DNA of 63,345 nt, filler included, from Octopus bimaculoides (taxonomy: Eukaryota), in assembly GCF_001194135.2 (NCBI RefSeq). It is 4 parts of 4 records of this genome, joined end to end, with 100 filler letters (N's around TTAATTAATTAA, not from the genome) between each part and the next. Parts side by side here need not be neighbours in the genome. Positions count along the whole stretch, not along the records: positions 19,930 to 37,875 come from NC_068981.1; positions 37,976 to 43,576 come from NC_068982.1; 2 more parts are not named here. One strand, written 5' to 3'. The notes under the pieces are model-generated. The model was not told the origin of the DNA and ran no database searches. It saw only the letters and a program-made list of their open reading frames with translations. A program made the position numbers and the translations under genes. Below, piece by piece: positions 25,540 to 38,018 of this stretch (positions within the stretch are counted from its first letter, which is position 1; each line of letters starts with the position of its first letter).

Positions 25540-27790
25540 CACGTTCATAGCAGTAGCAGATCAGTATCCAATTTTCTTATTACTAACTGTTTGATATCTT
25601 CTCGGATATAGATTTCCTATAAATTCTAATTTGCATATGGGACTCTTAACAACAACTGATGGACTTCTACATCCCTTCCCACTCCATCACATCTGCACAT
25701 TTTTTTATGTTTGAAGGTTTGATTTGTGTTAATTTTTTTCGTTTCTTTTCTTTTTTTTATGCCTTCATTTATTGCAATTAAATCGGTTAAAATATTGCTG
25801 AGCAATAATTTTGAAATCTCCCAGAAAAGTAGAGGGAATTCAGCATTCTTAATAAAATTCACAAATTTGTGTTTGATCAATTCTAACAACAAATCATTTG
25901 ACTTGTGATCTCAGGATTTTATGCAATAAATATCAATATAATAAGAAACGACTAGTTAAAATCGATCCCAAATCAATCCTATAAGCTACATAATAGGAAT
26001 TTGTTTATGAAATGGAGAATTTAAATGCTTATATCATCAAGCTTTAATAAAACTCTAAATCTTCAATAAGTATTAATGAAGCTCTAAATTAGCATTAGAT
26101 ATTAATGAAATACTAAAGAAAGACCTGGTGGATCCATCCCTCTCCAGATCTGATCAGAATCAGACCTGGTGAGGGATGGGTTCCGCAGATCTAAAAATAC
26201 CCAAGACTCGTCGTATGTCATTACAATGACCCTGCGATTTCATCAGGAATTGAAGACCTAAGCCAAAGGCTAGACAAGGTAGATGGATTACAGGCTCTAC
26301 TCTCTAGTTTACTCCTGACACAAGGCAGTGAGGTTATTTACCCATAACTAGGGATCAGTAATTCAGGACAGTAGTTCATACTAGACACCGTTTTAAATGT
26401 GCGCTATCTTTGATTTCCAATGTGTGATGCAGATCCCAAACTATATCTACTTCTACCTTTTGAAATATTCATCAAAAGGTTATCTGGACAGTTGTCTAGA
26501 CAGAGTGTGAATCAATCTATGCCATTAATAATAATGAAACGATATATACCTGCTAGCATTGAATCTTCATCTTCAGTCAGATCATTGGTTGAACTAGTTT
26601 CCAAAATGTATGTCAACAAATATACAGATTTTGATGCAAGAATTGAGAATTTCACTTATAAAAGAAGGTTCATGACCAAAAATTTCCTCTAGATTTCCAC
26701 CACTGCAATGCAGTACAACAAAGACCGGCCCTTACATGTCTGTATGCTGCTTTTAGAACTTTACATTTTTCTTGAGTGATATTTTTCGTTGAAATTTTTA
26801 TTAATGGAAAAGAAACTTTTTTTCTTGATTGGAAAGAGAAGTCATTTTGTTAAACACTTCTTTCTTGAAGATAGCATATTGTTCTTGTCTCTTGGTTCTA
26901 AAATACGGACAGAGGATGCAATAGTCTTAATATCACATTATTTATTGTCTATTGTTAGCTAGTCAACATTGGGTTTCTCGAAGGCATCCAACAGGCCTGT
27001 CGACATTATTGTGTCCTTGAGCAAGACACTTCATTTCACGTTGCTCCAGTCTTCTCACCTGGCAAAAGTGAGTAATATCTGCATTTCAAAGGGCCAGCCT
27101 TGTCACATTCTGTGTTACGAGAACTACGTTAAGGGTACGCGTGTCTGTGAAGTGCCCAGCCACTTGTACGTTAATTTCATGAGCAGGCTGTTCCGTTGAT
27201 CGAATCAACTGGAACCCTCGCCGTCGCAACCGACGGAGTGTCAGTTAACGTGATATCGAAAAGGATTCTGAGATGCACTTTCTTCCTCATGATGATAAAA
27301 TGTTTCATCATCAATATCTCAGCAAATGTTTCTCTCAAATGTTCCCCAGCTATTTTCAGGACCAGTCAGACTCTAACACGGCAGGTTTAGGTGAACTGAT
27401 CATACCACCAGTTAATATTACTCTTTTATTTGCTTGTTCATGTGCATAATCAACAGAGATTGACGAAAAGTGACGATTGCTTTTGATTATCACCCAGTGT
27501 TTTAGTTGAAACTTTTCCCGATGGGAAAAGCTTTAAGTTACAAATAGAGATAAAAACCATCGAATGTATTTCTGTTGACCCATGATAAAGAACAGAGATA
27601 CTAAATATTCCAAACAAAGAAGCTTGAGCTTGAACTTTCACTCCCAATGTGACCATATGAATATGAATATTAGATGTTGGAACTTTCAAACTTTCAATTT
27701 TACTGTTGGCTTCTCTTGATGGAATATAGCAACCCAGTCGCCAGTGACCATCGCTACTTCAGGATTCAGAAGGTTGTCAAACCTATAATT
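25540..27790 (-). mobile_element. Academ (AcademX-like) DNA transposase remnant, interrupted by a SINE
   Basis: Collinear motifs across frameshifts and stops: LEYLVSLFF...KYIRW...HWVIIKSNRHFSSISVDYAHEQANKRV..GGM (cf. DQAHEQxNK), HHEEESASQNPF, SGGNLEEIFGHE, VDIVWD and IRKLDTDLLL (XPG-like DTD). Superfamily assigned from recalled motifs. It may extend to ~24500. Confidence 0.7.
27001..27245 (+). mobile_element. 5'-truncated CORE-like SINE with the family C tail, inserted in the Academ remnant
   Basis: ttgtgtccttgagcaagacacttcatttcacgttgctccag (CORE-like) plus a tail nearly identical to 15870-16030. The transposase reading FRYHV...TGLLDAF resumes across it. Confidence 0.8.
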
Positions 27791-27796
27791 TGGATA

Positions 27797-28021
<225 letters not shown>

Positions 28022-28199
28022 TGAGTGAGAGAGCAGAGCAGAGCATAATATTAAAGTAACACTGGAGTAAAATATACGAAGCCCAGTATACCCATCATGA
28101 CTACCCATCTGATAAGGGTACACCGGGTAATGCATCACAACCATATGTCCGCGACATGGTGATTTCATACCAAGATAAATAGCGCATGACCTTGCAGGT
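28022..28199 (-). mobile_element. 5'-truncated second copy of the ~460-bp (TAA)n-associated element
   Basis: gtgagagagcag...gtaaaatatacgaagcccagtatacccatcatgactacccatctgataagggtacacc...gcgcatgaccttgcaggt aligns to 20447-20620. Confidence 0.85.
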
Positions 28200-29049
28200 C
28201 ATATAGGAGTTATGTTGGCGCGATTAATTAAAGTTAGGACGAAAGAGGGCTATATTGATGATGGTTTGCCTTGGATTGTGTGCATGAGGGTTGTTTTGTA
28301 TTGGAAATTTGATTCATGAGAAGATTAATAGGCGAAGATTATTTTAATGCCGGGTCATATAATATATAATTATAAGGCTATTAATGTATTTGTGATGTAA
28401 TTTTAATTCAATGGATTGGATGTTCTTATAAACATGTAGTTGCCACCTCTGTCTTACTGATTTTAGCTTTTCTTGAAGGTTTATAGGTTATTCAACCACA
28501 TCTAGGTGAGAGATTTCTCATAGTAGCCCACCGAGCCTGTCCGATCTGAAGACTTAGATTCACAAGAAACATATCTTCTCCAAATATTTCTGAGAGGTCC
28601 TGTGTAGGAAGTTTCGCATAAATTTTGATATTACATTTGAGGATATATTTTTCTTCAATCCCTAAATCTCTAAAATTACCTGAATTTCTAAAATTACTTG
28701 GTATAAGAAATATTTCGCTATCATAAACACATCACTTCATAACATACTTGCAAATACGGTTGATCTTCATTTAAAGGCAAATGAGACCAAATATGTACAA
28801 ACCGGATCATTAACTCAGACGCTAGAGTCGTTAGAATATTGTCACCCCGAAAAACAGGGGTCCGTTCTTGCACTTAGGACTATAACTCTCAAACTGATTC
28901 ATAGCATTCCCCGTTTATTACTAAAAATATATTTTTCCTCTTAAATGATGAAAAAAACGAAATAGATTTTACAGTATGGAAGACATATAAGCCATTAAAA
29001 AACAGCAAAACTGTTAAGCTTACTTGAACATTTATTATTTAATGTCGAG

Positions 29050-29460
29050 ATTTCCATCGCGCCAACTATGACCCGGTCACTAATGGGGTTCCACTGCAAA
29101 TAGTAGATGTTTAAGTGAGGTTAACAGTTTCTTTGTGTCTTTCAATGATTGTGTATTTCACGCTGTAATTGCTTTAGTTTCAACACATGATCTCAGATCA
29201 AATCACCACTTGCCAGACAAGACCATCTCACAAACATAGATTTTGCATCCTCATAAATGTTCTTTCTTCACCATGGGGCTGGACAAATTTGCAAGTCTAA
29301 TACTATCTTAATTTCATAAAGATGGCGATTTGTTTGACGACCTCTTCAATCCTCACAAACCCCTCTCCTATGAGAAGCATCACTCTGGGGCTACATGCTT
29401 CTTATTGGGCTCTGATCATTGCCAACTCAGGGTGAAGTTGTAATATAGTTCCGATTCCAA
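29050..29460 (-). mobile_element. Possible RTE-clade LINE 5' region (AP endonuclease start), highly decayed
   Basis: YLQWNPISDRVIV resembles the RTE WxPxSxRI motif. The upstream reading is broken by many stops. Confidence 0.35.
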
Positions 29461-29692
29461 ATAGTAAACTCTTACATGAGTTTGAAATAGAAATTTAATT
29501 TAGCCAAGTTTGACTCTTCACTAGTAGCAGAGATTCATTAAGATTAGTCATATTAGAATAGCAACCGACCCATTTAGCCCGAGATAGTTGCAATCATATT
29601 AATTCAGCCGATGGGGGAACTAATCATCGGATTCACGAATGACAAGCATCGCTGAAATATTTATTTAAATAACATTTTATGATACAGTAATT

Positions 29693-29782
<90 letters not shown>

Positions 29783-30442
29783 GCCGTTCATGTATGTATA
29801 TACATACATACATACACACATGCATACACACATACTTACACACACACACACACACATCATTAATGAATAGATTTCAAAATAGGAATAAAAATTAGGAAAC
29901 TAATTTTGTTTTTCATAATTGCATTTTATTTTTCTTCTGCAACTAATGTTAATATAGTTGTACTTCACTTACATAAATATATTTATTTTAGATTTATTAA
30001 AGTAGTACAGACATATGAGTGACGAAATAGATATGCGCATACTCATACAAAATATATCCACACTAGCCATACTGCTCTAGTCTAGTTCTCTATGGATATT
30101 TGTAGACTCGTTTTAAAATACATGTTTTTGGTATTTATTTACACTCTCTTTCACATACTTTCTTCTTTCCATTTTCATTCTTCTTGCTATGATATATGTA
30201 TATATATATATATGCATATGTATATATACACACATATATATAAATGTATCTGTATATATTTTATCCAAATACATATAAACTTATGCATATATATATATAT
30301 ATATATATANNNNNNNNNNGACTCGTTTTAAAATACATGTTTTTGGTATTTATTTACACTCTCTTTCACATACTTTCTTCTTTCCATTTTCATTCTTCTT
30401 GCTATGATATATGTATATATATATATATGCATATATATACAG

Positions 30443-30473
<31 letters not shown>

Positions 30474-30824
30474 CATACATACACACGCATATATATACTT
30501 TTAATTCAAATGCATATATACATTTTCATACATATATACATATATAGGTAAATATATAAGTACACATACATATATACATGCAAACATACATACCTAAACA
30601 CACACAGACATACACACACACACACAGACATACACACACACACATATATATATATGTATATATACTTACATACACATATAGATTTACACACAAATAGACA
30701 TGAATCTATGTTTGTGCATGTATTTGTCTATTCATGGATTGTAGTGGTAAGTTACTTTGAAACGGCATATATAATACATATATACATAGATACAAACACA
30801 CATATACATACATACATACATACA

Positions 30825-30886
<62 letters not shown>

Positions 30887-31659
30887 TGCATACACACACA
30901 CGCACATACATATATATATATATACATATATATGCACACATAATATATATAGATATAAATTACATATATACGCACATATATATGAAAATGTATGTATGTA
31001 TGTGTGTGTATGCGTATGTGTATGAATTTGTGTGGTAGAATACGCTTGTGCATCATGTAAACTGAAAATAAAATAAAACTTAGAAATGGAGATAGAGAGA
31101 GAGAGAGGGAGGGAGGGAGAGAGAGAGGGAAAGAGGGAGAGAGAGTGTATGAGAGAGGAGAAGAGATGGCCGAACTAGAGGCCCTATAGGTTGACAGCAA
31201 CAACATCAACAACAACAACACTGACTTGCTCATTATACAAAAGTATTCTGCGCAAATACAGTCTAACGAATCAAACGAGCTACGTGCCTCTGCATTTTAT
31301 TTGCGAGATAAATTCAAAGAAACATCAGGAACAAAATCTTATTTCAAAATTGATTTTTTATAACTACCCATGGTGTCATTTACAGTGAGTTCTCTTTAAT
31401 CCATGTAATTATTATCATATAGGGAATGTATGCGAACCATTTGTATAGTACAGAGTGAAATACGTTAAATAGTACCCGTTTAGATCAGGTATGGGCAGCA
31501 TTTTTCAAGAAGCAGGCCGATTGAGATGTGGTTCATCATCAGACGAGCCGCACTATTATTATAATTCAAAGTAATTTTTCGTTAGGTGTGCCATTTAGAA
31601 AGTCCTACAGGCTGTAGATCATCAATTGACTACATTAATCATTCTGTGACGTCTGCCTT

Positions 31660-31729
31660 GATACCCCGTGGATACCTTGTGGATACCCCGTGGATACCCA
31701 GTGGATACAGCGTGGACACGCTGTATCCA
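31660..31729. repeat. 11-bp tandem array ending in a 13-bp-arm palindrome
   Basis: gataccccgtg/gataccttgtg/gataccccgtg/gatacccagtg/gatacagcgtg, with tggatacagcgtg-ga-cacgctgtatcca at 31702-31729. Confidence 0.9.
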
Positions 31730-31999
31730 TGTGGTTACAAACTGAATTTATTATTACTCTCCACATCCCATACACACCTCTTCACATCCATTCTGTAGCC
31801 TGTTTGTTTACTGCATTCTATAGTGTATATCCCCGCCTCCATTGGACAGGGTGCCGGTCACTTGCATACCAGCTGAGAGAACTAGGGCAATGAAGTATTC
31901 TGGTTAAGAATACTATGTATCTCCCGGTCCAAGAATCGAAAGTACAATCTTACGATCATGAGCCCAACACCCGAACCATTAAACTGTGCGCTCTCCACT

Positions 32000-32226
32000 C
32001 ACATTATAGTTCTTTCTACTCCAGGTACAAAGCTTGAAATGCTGGGAGAGGGAGTTAGTCTATTACATCAAATCTAGTGTTCAGTTGGTACTTATTTTAT
32101 CGACTCTGAAAGGATGAAAGGCAAAATTGACCTTAACAGTATTTAAACTCAGAATGTACAGCGGAAAGAAATGCCGTGGGCTATTTTGTCCGGCGTGCTA
32201 ACGATTCTACAAGCTCGCAACCTTAA

Positions 32227-32281
<55 letters not shown>

Positions 32282-32488
32282 GTAAAAAAAAAAAAAAATA
32301 ATAATCCTTTCCACTATAGGCACAAGCCCTGAAATTCTTTTTACATCGACCTCAGTGCTCAACTGGTACTGATTTCATTGACCCCCAAAAAGACGAAAGG
32401 CAAAGTCGACTTCAGCGGAATTTGAAATCAGAACGTAAAGACGGACGAAATGCCGTTAAGCATTTTGCCCGGCGTGCTAACGATTCTG
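32000..32488 (-). mobile_element. Two tandem family B SINEs separated by a (TAA)n/A-rich tail
   Basis: Both contain gaaaggatgaaaggcaaa(g/a)t..ac...tttgaa.tcagaa.gta...ccggcgtgctaacgattct. The tail lies at ~32228-32305. Confidence 0.85.
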
Positions 32489-32499
32489 TCAAATTTGAT

Positions 32500-33210
32500 A
32501 ACAAATCTGATAAAGGCAGAGATCGACGAAATTCAGCCGGACAGCAACTGTAGAATCTGCAGGAAAGGAGACGAAAGTATCAATCGTCTTTTGAATGAGT
32601 GCAGTATACTAGCACAAAAGGAGTATAAGCACAGACCGGACTGTGTAAGCAAAAGAGTACATTGGGATGTTAGTCGAGTGTGTGGCTTCAGAACAGCAGA
32701 AAAGTGGTATGAACATGAACGAAAGTCTGTGACAGAAAATGAGAATTACAAGATCTTGTGGGACTTCCCCATAAAGACTGGTTGCACTACTGATGCAAGA
32801 AGACAATATATGATGATAAAGGACAAAATAAACAGTGTAAGATCATAAGTTTTGCATTTCTCTAAGATAGGAGAGTCGATACCAATGAAATGGGAAAAAA
32901 AAACTGAGAAATATTAAGATCTACATACATCAGAGAACTGCGGAGGCGTTGGGTGACCAAGGAAACAATTATCCTGTAGTAATTGATGCACTTGGCGCAA
33001 CATTCAAAATGCTACTTAAAAGACTGAAAGAGATTGGAATTGGAACTTGCATTGTCTACCTGCAGAAAAGAACCATTCTATATTCTGTAAGAATCCTAAG
33101 GAAGGTTCTTGAGATTTGAGGAAAGTTGTCACCAAACATTAAAGATAAAATACCTGCTAACTATATTAGCATGAACTAGTGTACTACTACTACTACTACT
33201 ACTACTATTA
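32500..33210 (+). mobile_element. R4/Dong-clade LINE 3' fragment, subfamily C, ending in (TAC)n
   Basis: CRICRKGDESINRLLNECSILAQKEYKHR...KWYEH...ENENYKILWDFPIKT (knuckle plus RLE start), then degenerate ...RILRKVLEI* and (TAC)8. Confidence 0.85.
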
Positions 33211-33212
33211 CT

Positions 33213-33425
33213 ACTCCTTTCTATTATAGGCACAAGGCCTAAAATTTGGGAGGAGGGTGTTAGCTGATTATATTGGTCCCCATTGCTTGACTGACCTTTA
33301 TTTTATCGATCTCGAAAGGATGAAACGCAAAGTTGATCTCAGCGCAATTTGAACTCAGAACGTGAAGACAGACAAAATACCGCTAAGCATTTTCTACGAC
33401 ATGCCAACGATTCAGCCAGCTCGCT
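33213..33425 (-). mobile_element. Family B SINE
   Basis: Reverse complement begins gtagcgagctggctgaatcgttggca...atgcttagcggtatt...ttctgagttcaaatt. Confidence 0.85.
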
Positions 33426-33472
33426 ACTTTCCTTTCAAGTTATAACAAGCAATTATTATGATCACATCCTTG

Positions 33473-33690
33473 TAAGGCGGCGAGCTGGCAGAATCATTAA
33501 CACGCCGGTCAAAATGCTTAGTGGCATTTCATCCATCTTTACGTTCTGCGTTCAAACTCTACCGAGGTCGACTTTGCATTTCACCCTTTCGGGCTCGATA
33601 GAATAGGTACCAATTGAACACTGGAATCGATGTAATCGACTTACCTCATCTCTCGAAATTGCTGGCCTTAGGCCAAAATTTGATGCAATT
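33473..33690 (+). mobile_element. Family B SINE (head-to-head with the preceding copy)
   Basis: aaggcggcgagctggcagaatcattaacacgccggtcaaaatgcttag...gttcaaactctaccgaggtcgactttgc. Confidence 0.88.
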
Positions 33691-34157
33691 ATGATCACCT
33701 CCTTTACAGTTGGTTAATATTTTATAATTAAAGATAGCCATGAATGGATGATCAGTTCTCATGACTTTAGTGGGAGGTGATATCCAAGTCTTTCATACTG
33801 ACGTTAGGGGAGTAAATAAAATTGCTTTGCGAACCGAACCTAGGCCACATTAGACTTTGCGCAACAGCTTATTTCCTACGCCATGGCCATTGTCACATAT
33901 AACTCTATGAAACACCTCCGTAACCAGAGGAAGTTCTATAGGATCATGTGCCCCGCAGCTTCATGTAAATATAATTATCATCTAACATTTATTTTGATTT
34001 TGCGCTTTTTCCAAAATAAGATGGATAATAGTGGATTCATTTTGATAAACGAGAATCCCATCCTTGCTTAGAATCCTGGCTACGGCCATATAAAACGGTA
34101 TTAGATTGCAGAACGCCAAATATATTGGGTATTCTACATATATATATATATACATAT

Positions 34158-34194
<37 letters not shown>

Positions 34195-34274
34195 NNNNNN
34201 NNNNNNNNNNNNNNNNNNNNNNNNNNNNNNNNNNNNNNNNNNNNNNNNNNNNNNNNNNCTAATCAAAGGAATTA

Positions 34275-34305
<31 letters not shown>

Positions 34306-34392
34306 CATAAAAACCATTAAGAGCTTAAGTAATCGAGAGCTATACTACGTGTTGAACTTCATACCACATAAACGCATGCACAAACATGCGCG

Positions 34393-34441
<49 letters not shown>

Positions 34442-35554
34442 TCATGACCAATAACACTCAAACAGCCCGTATATATCAGGTACAGCGCATCGCTGTAACC
34501 AACGGCGACACTGAGTGACTAGCAAGACTCCAGTTATTTTCTTGCTGAACATTTTAAGCTCAACTCCACTTTCAGACCGAAAGATTGTAACAGAAATTTA
34601 TTGCACTCCGTAGATATTTCATACATATAGCCATCAAATGTTAATTTCACTCTTGATTTATCGTTTCATATCAGTTATAATTCATGTTGTCTGGCAAGTT
34701 ATGCCATCTATTTCTTTTTACATTCTTTTCGTTTTACATTCTTCGTTTTACTTTTATTCTGTTCTCTTGCTTTGAGTTTTGCATTTTGAGTTCACTACTA
34801 GAAAGTCATTAGAGGCTGAACAAAAGGGAAACAACCTTCCAAACGAAGGGCACTAACGCTAATATCCAACCATCTGCATATGTGTACATAATGGAAATAT
34901 TGCTAGTTACTATAAGGCCACAATTATTACATATGTATTTGATGTTATCATACCATAAGTCAAGTCTGTAGGATGATCAACAAGTGGAACATGTTTCGAT
35001 ATAAAACAAATCAAATTGCATGTGTATCCGTCGTGAGTACGAGTGGTTGTTTTTTCTGTGTGTGTGTGTGTGTGGTACTGCATGTATCGCGTTATCCAGT
35101 ACACCACATTGTATTAATGTTTGCTCGCTTTATCAAATTAGGTGAACATGCTTTATATGATTGTAATTTATCTGTAAAACAGGCGCCATGGCTATGAAGA
35201 TTGAATCGTTCAGTTCTACAAGCAATGAACATTGATATACTTAATTTCAAAAAGAAAGGAGCAAGAAATCTAACGAAATTTAATGGATTTAAGTCTCGCC
35301 ATACGGCCTGGGGGTCCTTTTTCGATTTCAGATTAGTAGTTCAAATGGGTATAATCTTTAATATCGTACTCATTCAAAATCAATGATCTTAATTCATAAT
35401 TTGCGCATATTTTCTCGTCAAAAAACATCAAAACCATGGGGATATGTCTTTCCATATTGGACATTAATAAAAATACCAGGCATTTGACGAATTATATAGG
35501 CGAGATACTTGTAGAGTTGAAAAATAGGTTCAAAAGAAGGTAAGTGTGTTTGTA

Positions 35555-35638
<84 letters not shown>

Positions 35639-35839
35639 CACACACACATACATAAATACATTTACACACACACACACACATATATATGTATATATATGCA
35701 CACATACATACACATGTATATATATGTATATATATACACATATACATATATACATATATATACATATATATATACATGTGTGCATATACATATATATATA
35801 TACAAATACGTATACATATATATACATATACACACACAT

Positions 35840-35891
<52 letters not shown>

Positions 35892-36077
35892 GTGCGTATG
35901 TATACACATCTATATATAACTAAATTGAGTATTAAAGGATGACATATTTTCAGTATAGTGTAATTAGGCATGCATTTACCCGGCCGTCATAAAGTATATA
36001 TAGTTCGAATCCTTGCAGTGGGTGTCTTGTCCTTATTCGAACAGAAGTCAGCGTTGGATAAAGGGTATGGTCTAATG

Positions 36078-36218
36078 CAGTGGTTTCCAACCTGGGGTCC
36101 GCAGACCCTGGTGTTCCGCAGACCCTGGTGTTCCGCAGACCCTGGTGTTCCGCAGACCCTGGTGTTCCGCAAAGGTAGTACTGGGGATCCGTGAACTAAA
36201 TTCAAAATTTCACACACA

Positions 36219-36257
<39 letters not shown>

Positions 36258-36353
36258 ATACGCATATTAAAAGGAGTATGTGAAAGAACTCATATAAATA
36301 AAAGGGTTGTGAATCACTGTTGAGAACCACTTTGAAAAGATTGGGAACCACTT
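36078..36353. mobile_element. hAT (Charlie-like) MITE with 8-bp TSD and an internal 17-bp tandem array
   Basis: Left end cagtggtttccaacc, right end gattgggaaccactt, flanks gtctaatg (36070-36077) and gtctaatc (36354-36361). (ccgcagaccctggtgtt)x4 lies at 36099-36171. Confidence 0.8.
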
Positions 36354-36722
36354 GTCTAATCTTTGATATCATTTATTATATAAAACTCGGCTGCAAAATT
36401 ATTATGTATATGAACGCACACAAACGTACACACACTCATATACAAACCTTTTCTTTTTCACGACGAAAAGGGCAAGGTCTACATGTTTTATTGTATGATC
36501 GATTATGTGATATACTCGGCTGCTGTTTTACGTGTCACTACTCAAAGTTTCATGTAATCGTTACGTTTTGTCAAGAGACAAATTTCTCAAGAAATATTTT
36601 GTTTTTCTTTAACCAAGAGTGAATGGGTGAAAACTTCGACTAGTGACACAAGAGGCATCAAACGAATCCTCTCTCTCTCTCCCTCTGTCTCCCCCCTCTC
36701 TCTCTCTCTCTATATATATATA

Positions 36723-36800
36723 CAGGGTGTCCACAAAGTCTGGGTACACGGGGATTAGCACATACTTTTCAAACAAAACTATTTTATTTAATTATAATGT
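36723..36800 (+). mobile_element. Tc1/mariner-type terminus after a TA run
   Basis: ta|cagggtgtccacaaagtctgggtacac. The other end is not seen before the gap. Confidence 0.5.
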
Positions 36801-37357
36801 TAATAAATAAATCAGTAATTGTTTTTGAGTAAACTTTCTCTTTCAACACACTCCAGAAAAAGAAGTCTTATATTTAATTGTTTATGTTATGATTTTATNN
36901 NNNNNNNNNNNNNNNNNNNNNNNNNNNNNNNNNNNNNNNNNNNNNNNNNNNNNNNNNNNNNNNNNNNNNNNNNNNNNNNNNNNNNNNNNNNNNNNNNNNN
37001 NNNNNNNNNNNNNNNNNNNNNNNNNNNNNNNNNNNNNNNNNNNNNNNNNNNNNNNNNNNNNNNNNNNNNNNNNNNNNNNNNNNNNNNNNNNNNNNNNNNN
37101 NNNNNNNNNNNNNNNNNNNNNNNNNNNNNNNNNNNNNNNNNNNNNNNNNNNNNNNNNNNNNNNNNNNNNNNNNNNNNNNNNNNNNNNNNNNNNNNNNNNN
37201 NNNNNNNNNNNNNNNNNNNNNNNNNNNNNNNNNNNNNNNNNNNNNNNNNNNNNNNNNNNNNNNNNNNNNNNNNNNNNNNNNNNNNNNNNNNNNNNNNNNN
37301 NNNNNNNNNNNNNNNNNNNNNNNNNNNNNNNNNNNNNNNNNNNNNNNNNNNNNNNNN

Positions 37358-37394
<37 letters not shown>

Positions 37395-37975
37395 AATGCA
37401 TTGTAAACACCATTCCACACTTACATTTCCACATATCTGGTAATGTAACGAATCATATGCACAAGCGCCACATAAGATATGCATACATATAATCATAATT
37501 TCATGAAGTAAACCACGTTTACACATACACACATACACAAGACAAGCGCATATACAATTCAGAGATGTACAAACAAGTTCAATTAAGTCACCTACATACA
37601 GATACGAACATACACACATTCACACACACACACATATATAATTCAACTCATACATGCATACAATAAAAAAAAAGAAACGCACATATTACATAACTAACAT
37701 TTTAATGTATCAATAGTAACTTTTATAAAGATATTTTTATAACATTTTTGCGTTATACATTTATCTAACGTGTTTGTTGATTATTCTCCACGCTACACTT
37801 TCATTGTAAACATTACACAGAAAGAAATATGTTATTACAAAGAATATATATATATATATATATATACATATATATNNNNNNNNNNNNNNNNNNNNNNNNN
37901 NNNNNNNNNNNNNNNNNNNTTAATTAATTAANNNNNNNNNNNNNNNNNNNNNNNNNNNNNNNNNNNNNNNNNNNN

Positions 37976-38018
<43 letters not shown>

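Noticed and set aside
30105-30434. Identical 115-bp direct repeat (30105-30219 and 30320-30434)
   Set aside because: The second copy begins exactly after a 10-N gap, typical of unmerged overlapping contig ends.
36099-36171. Regular 17-bp repeats, superficially CRISPR-like
   Set aside because: There are no spacers, the context is eukaryotic, and the array lies inside a hAT MITE.
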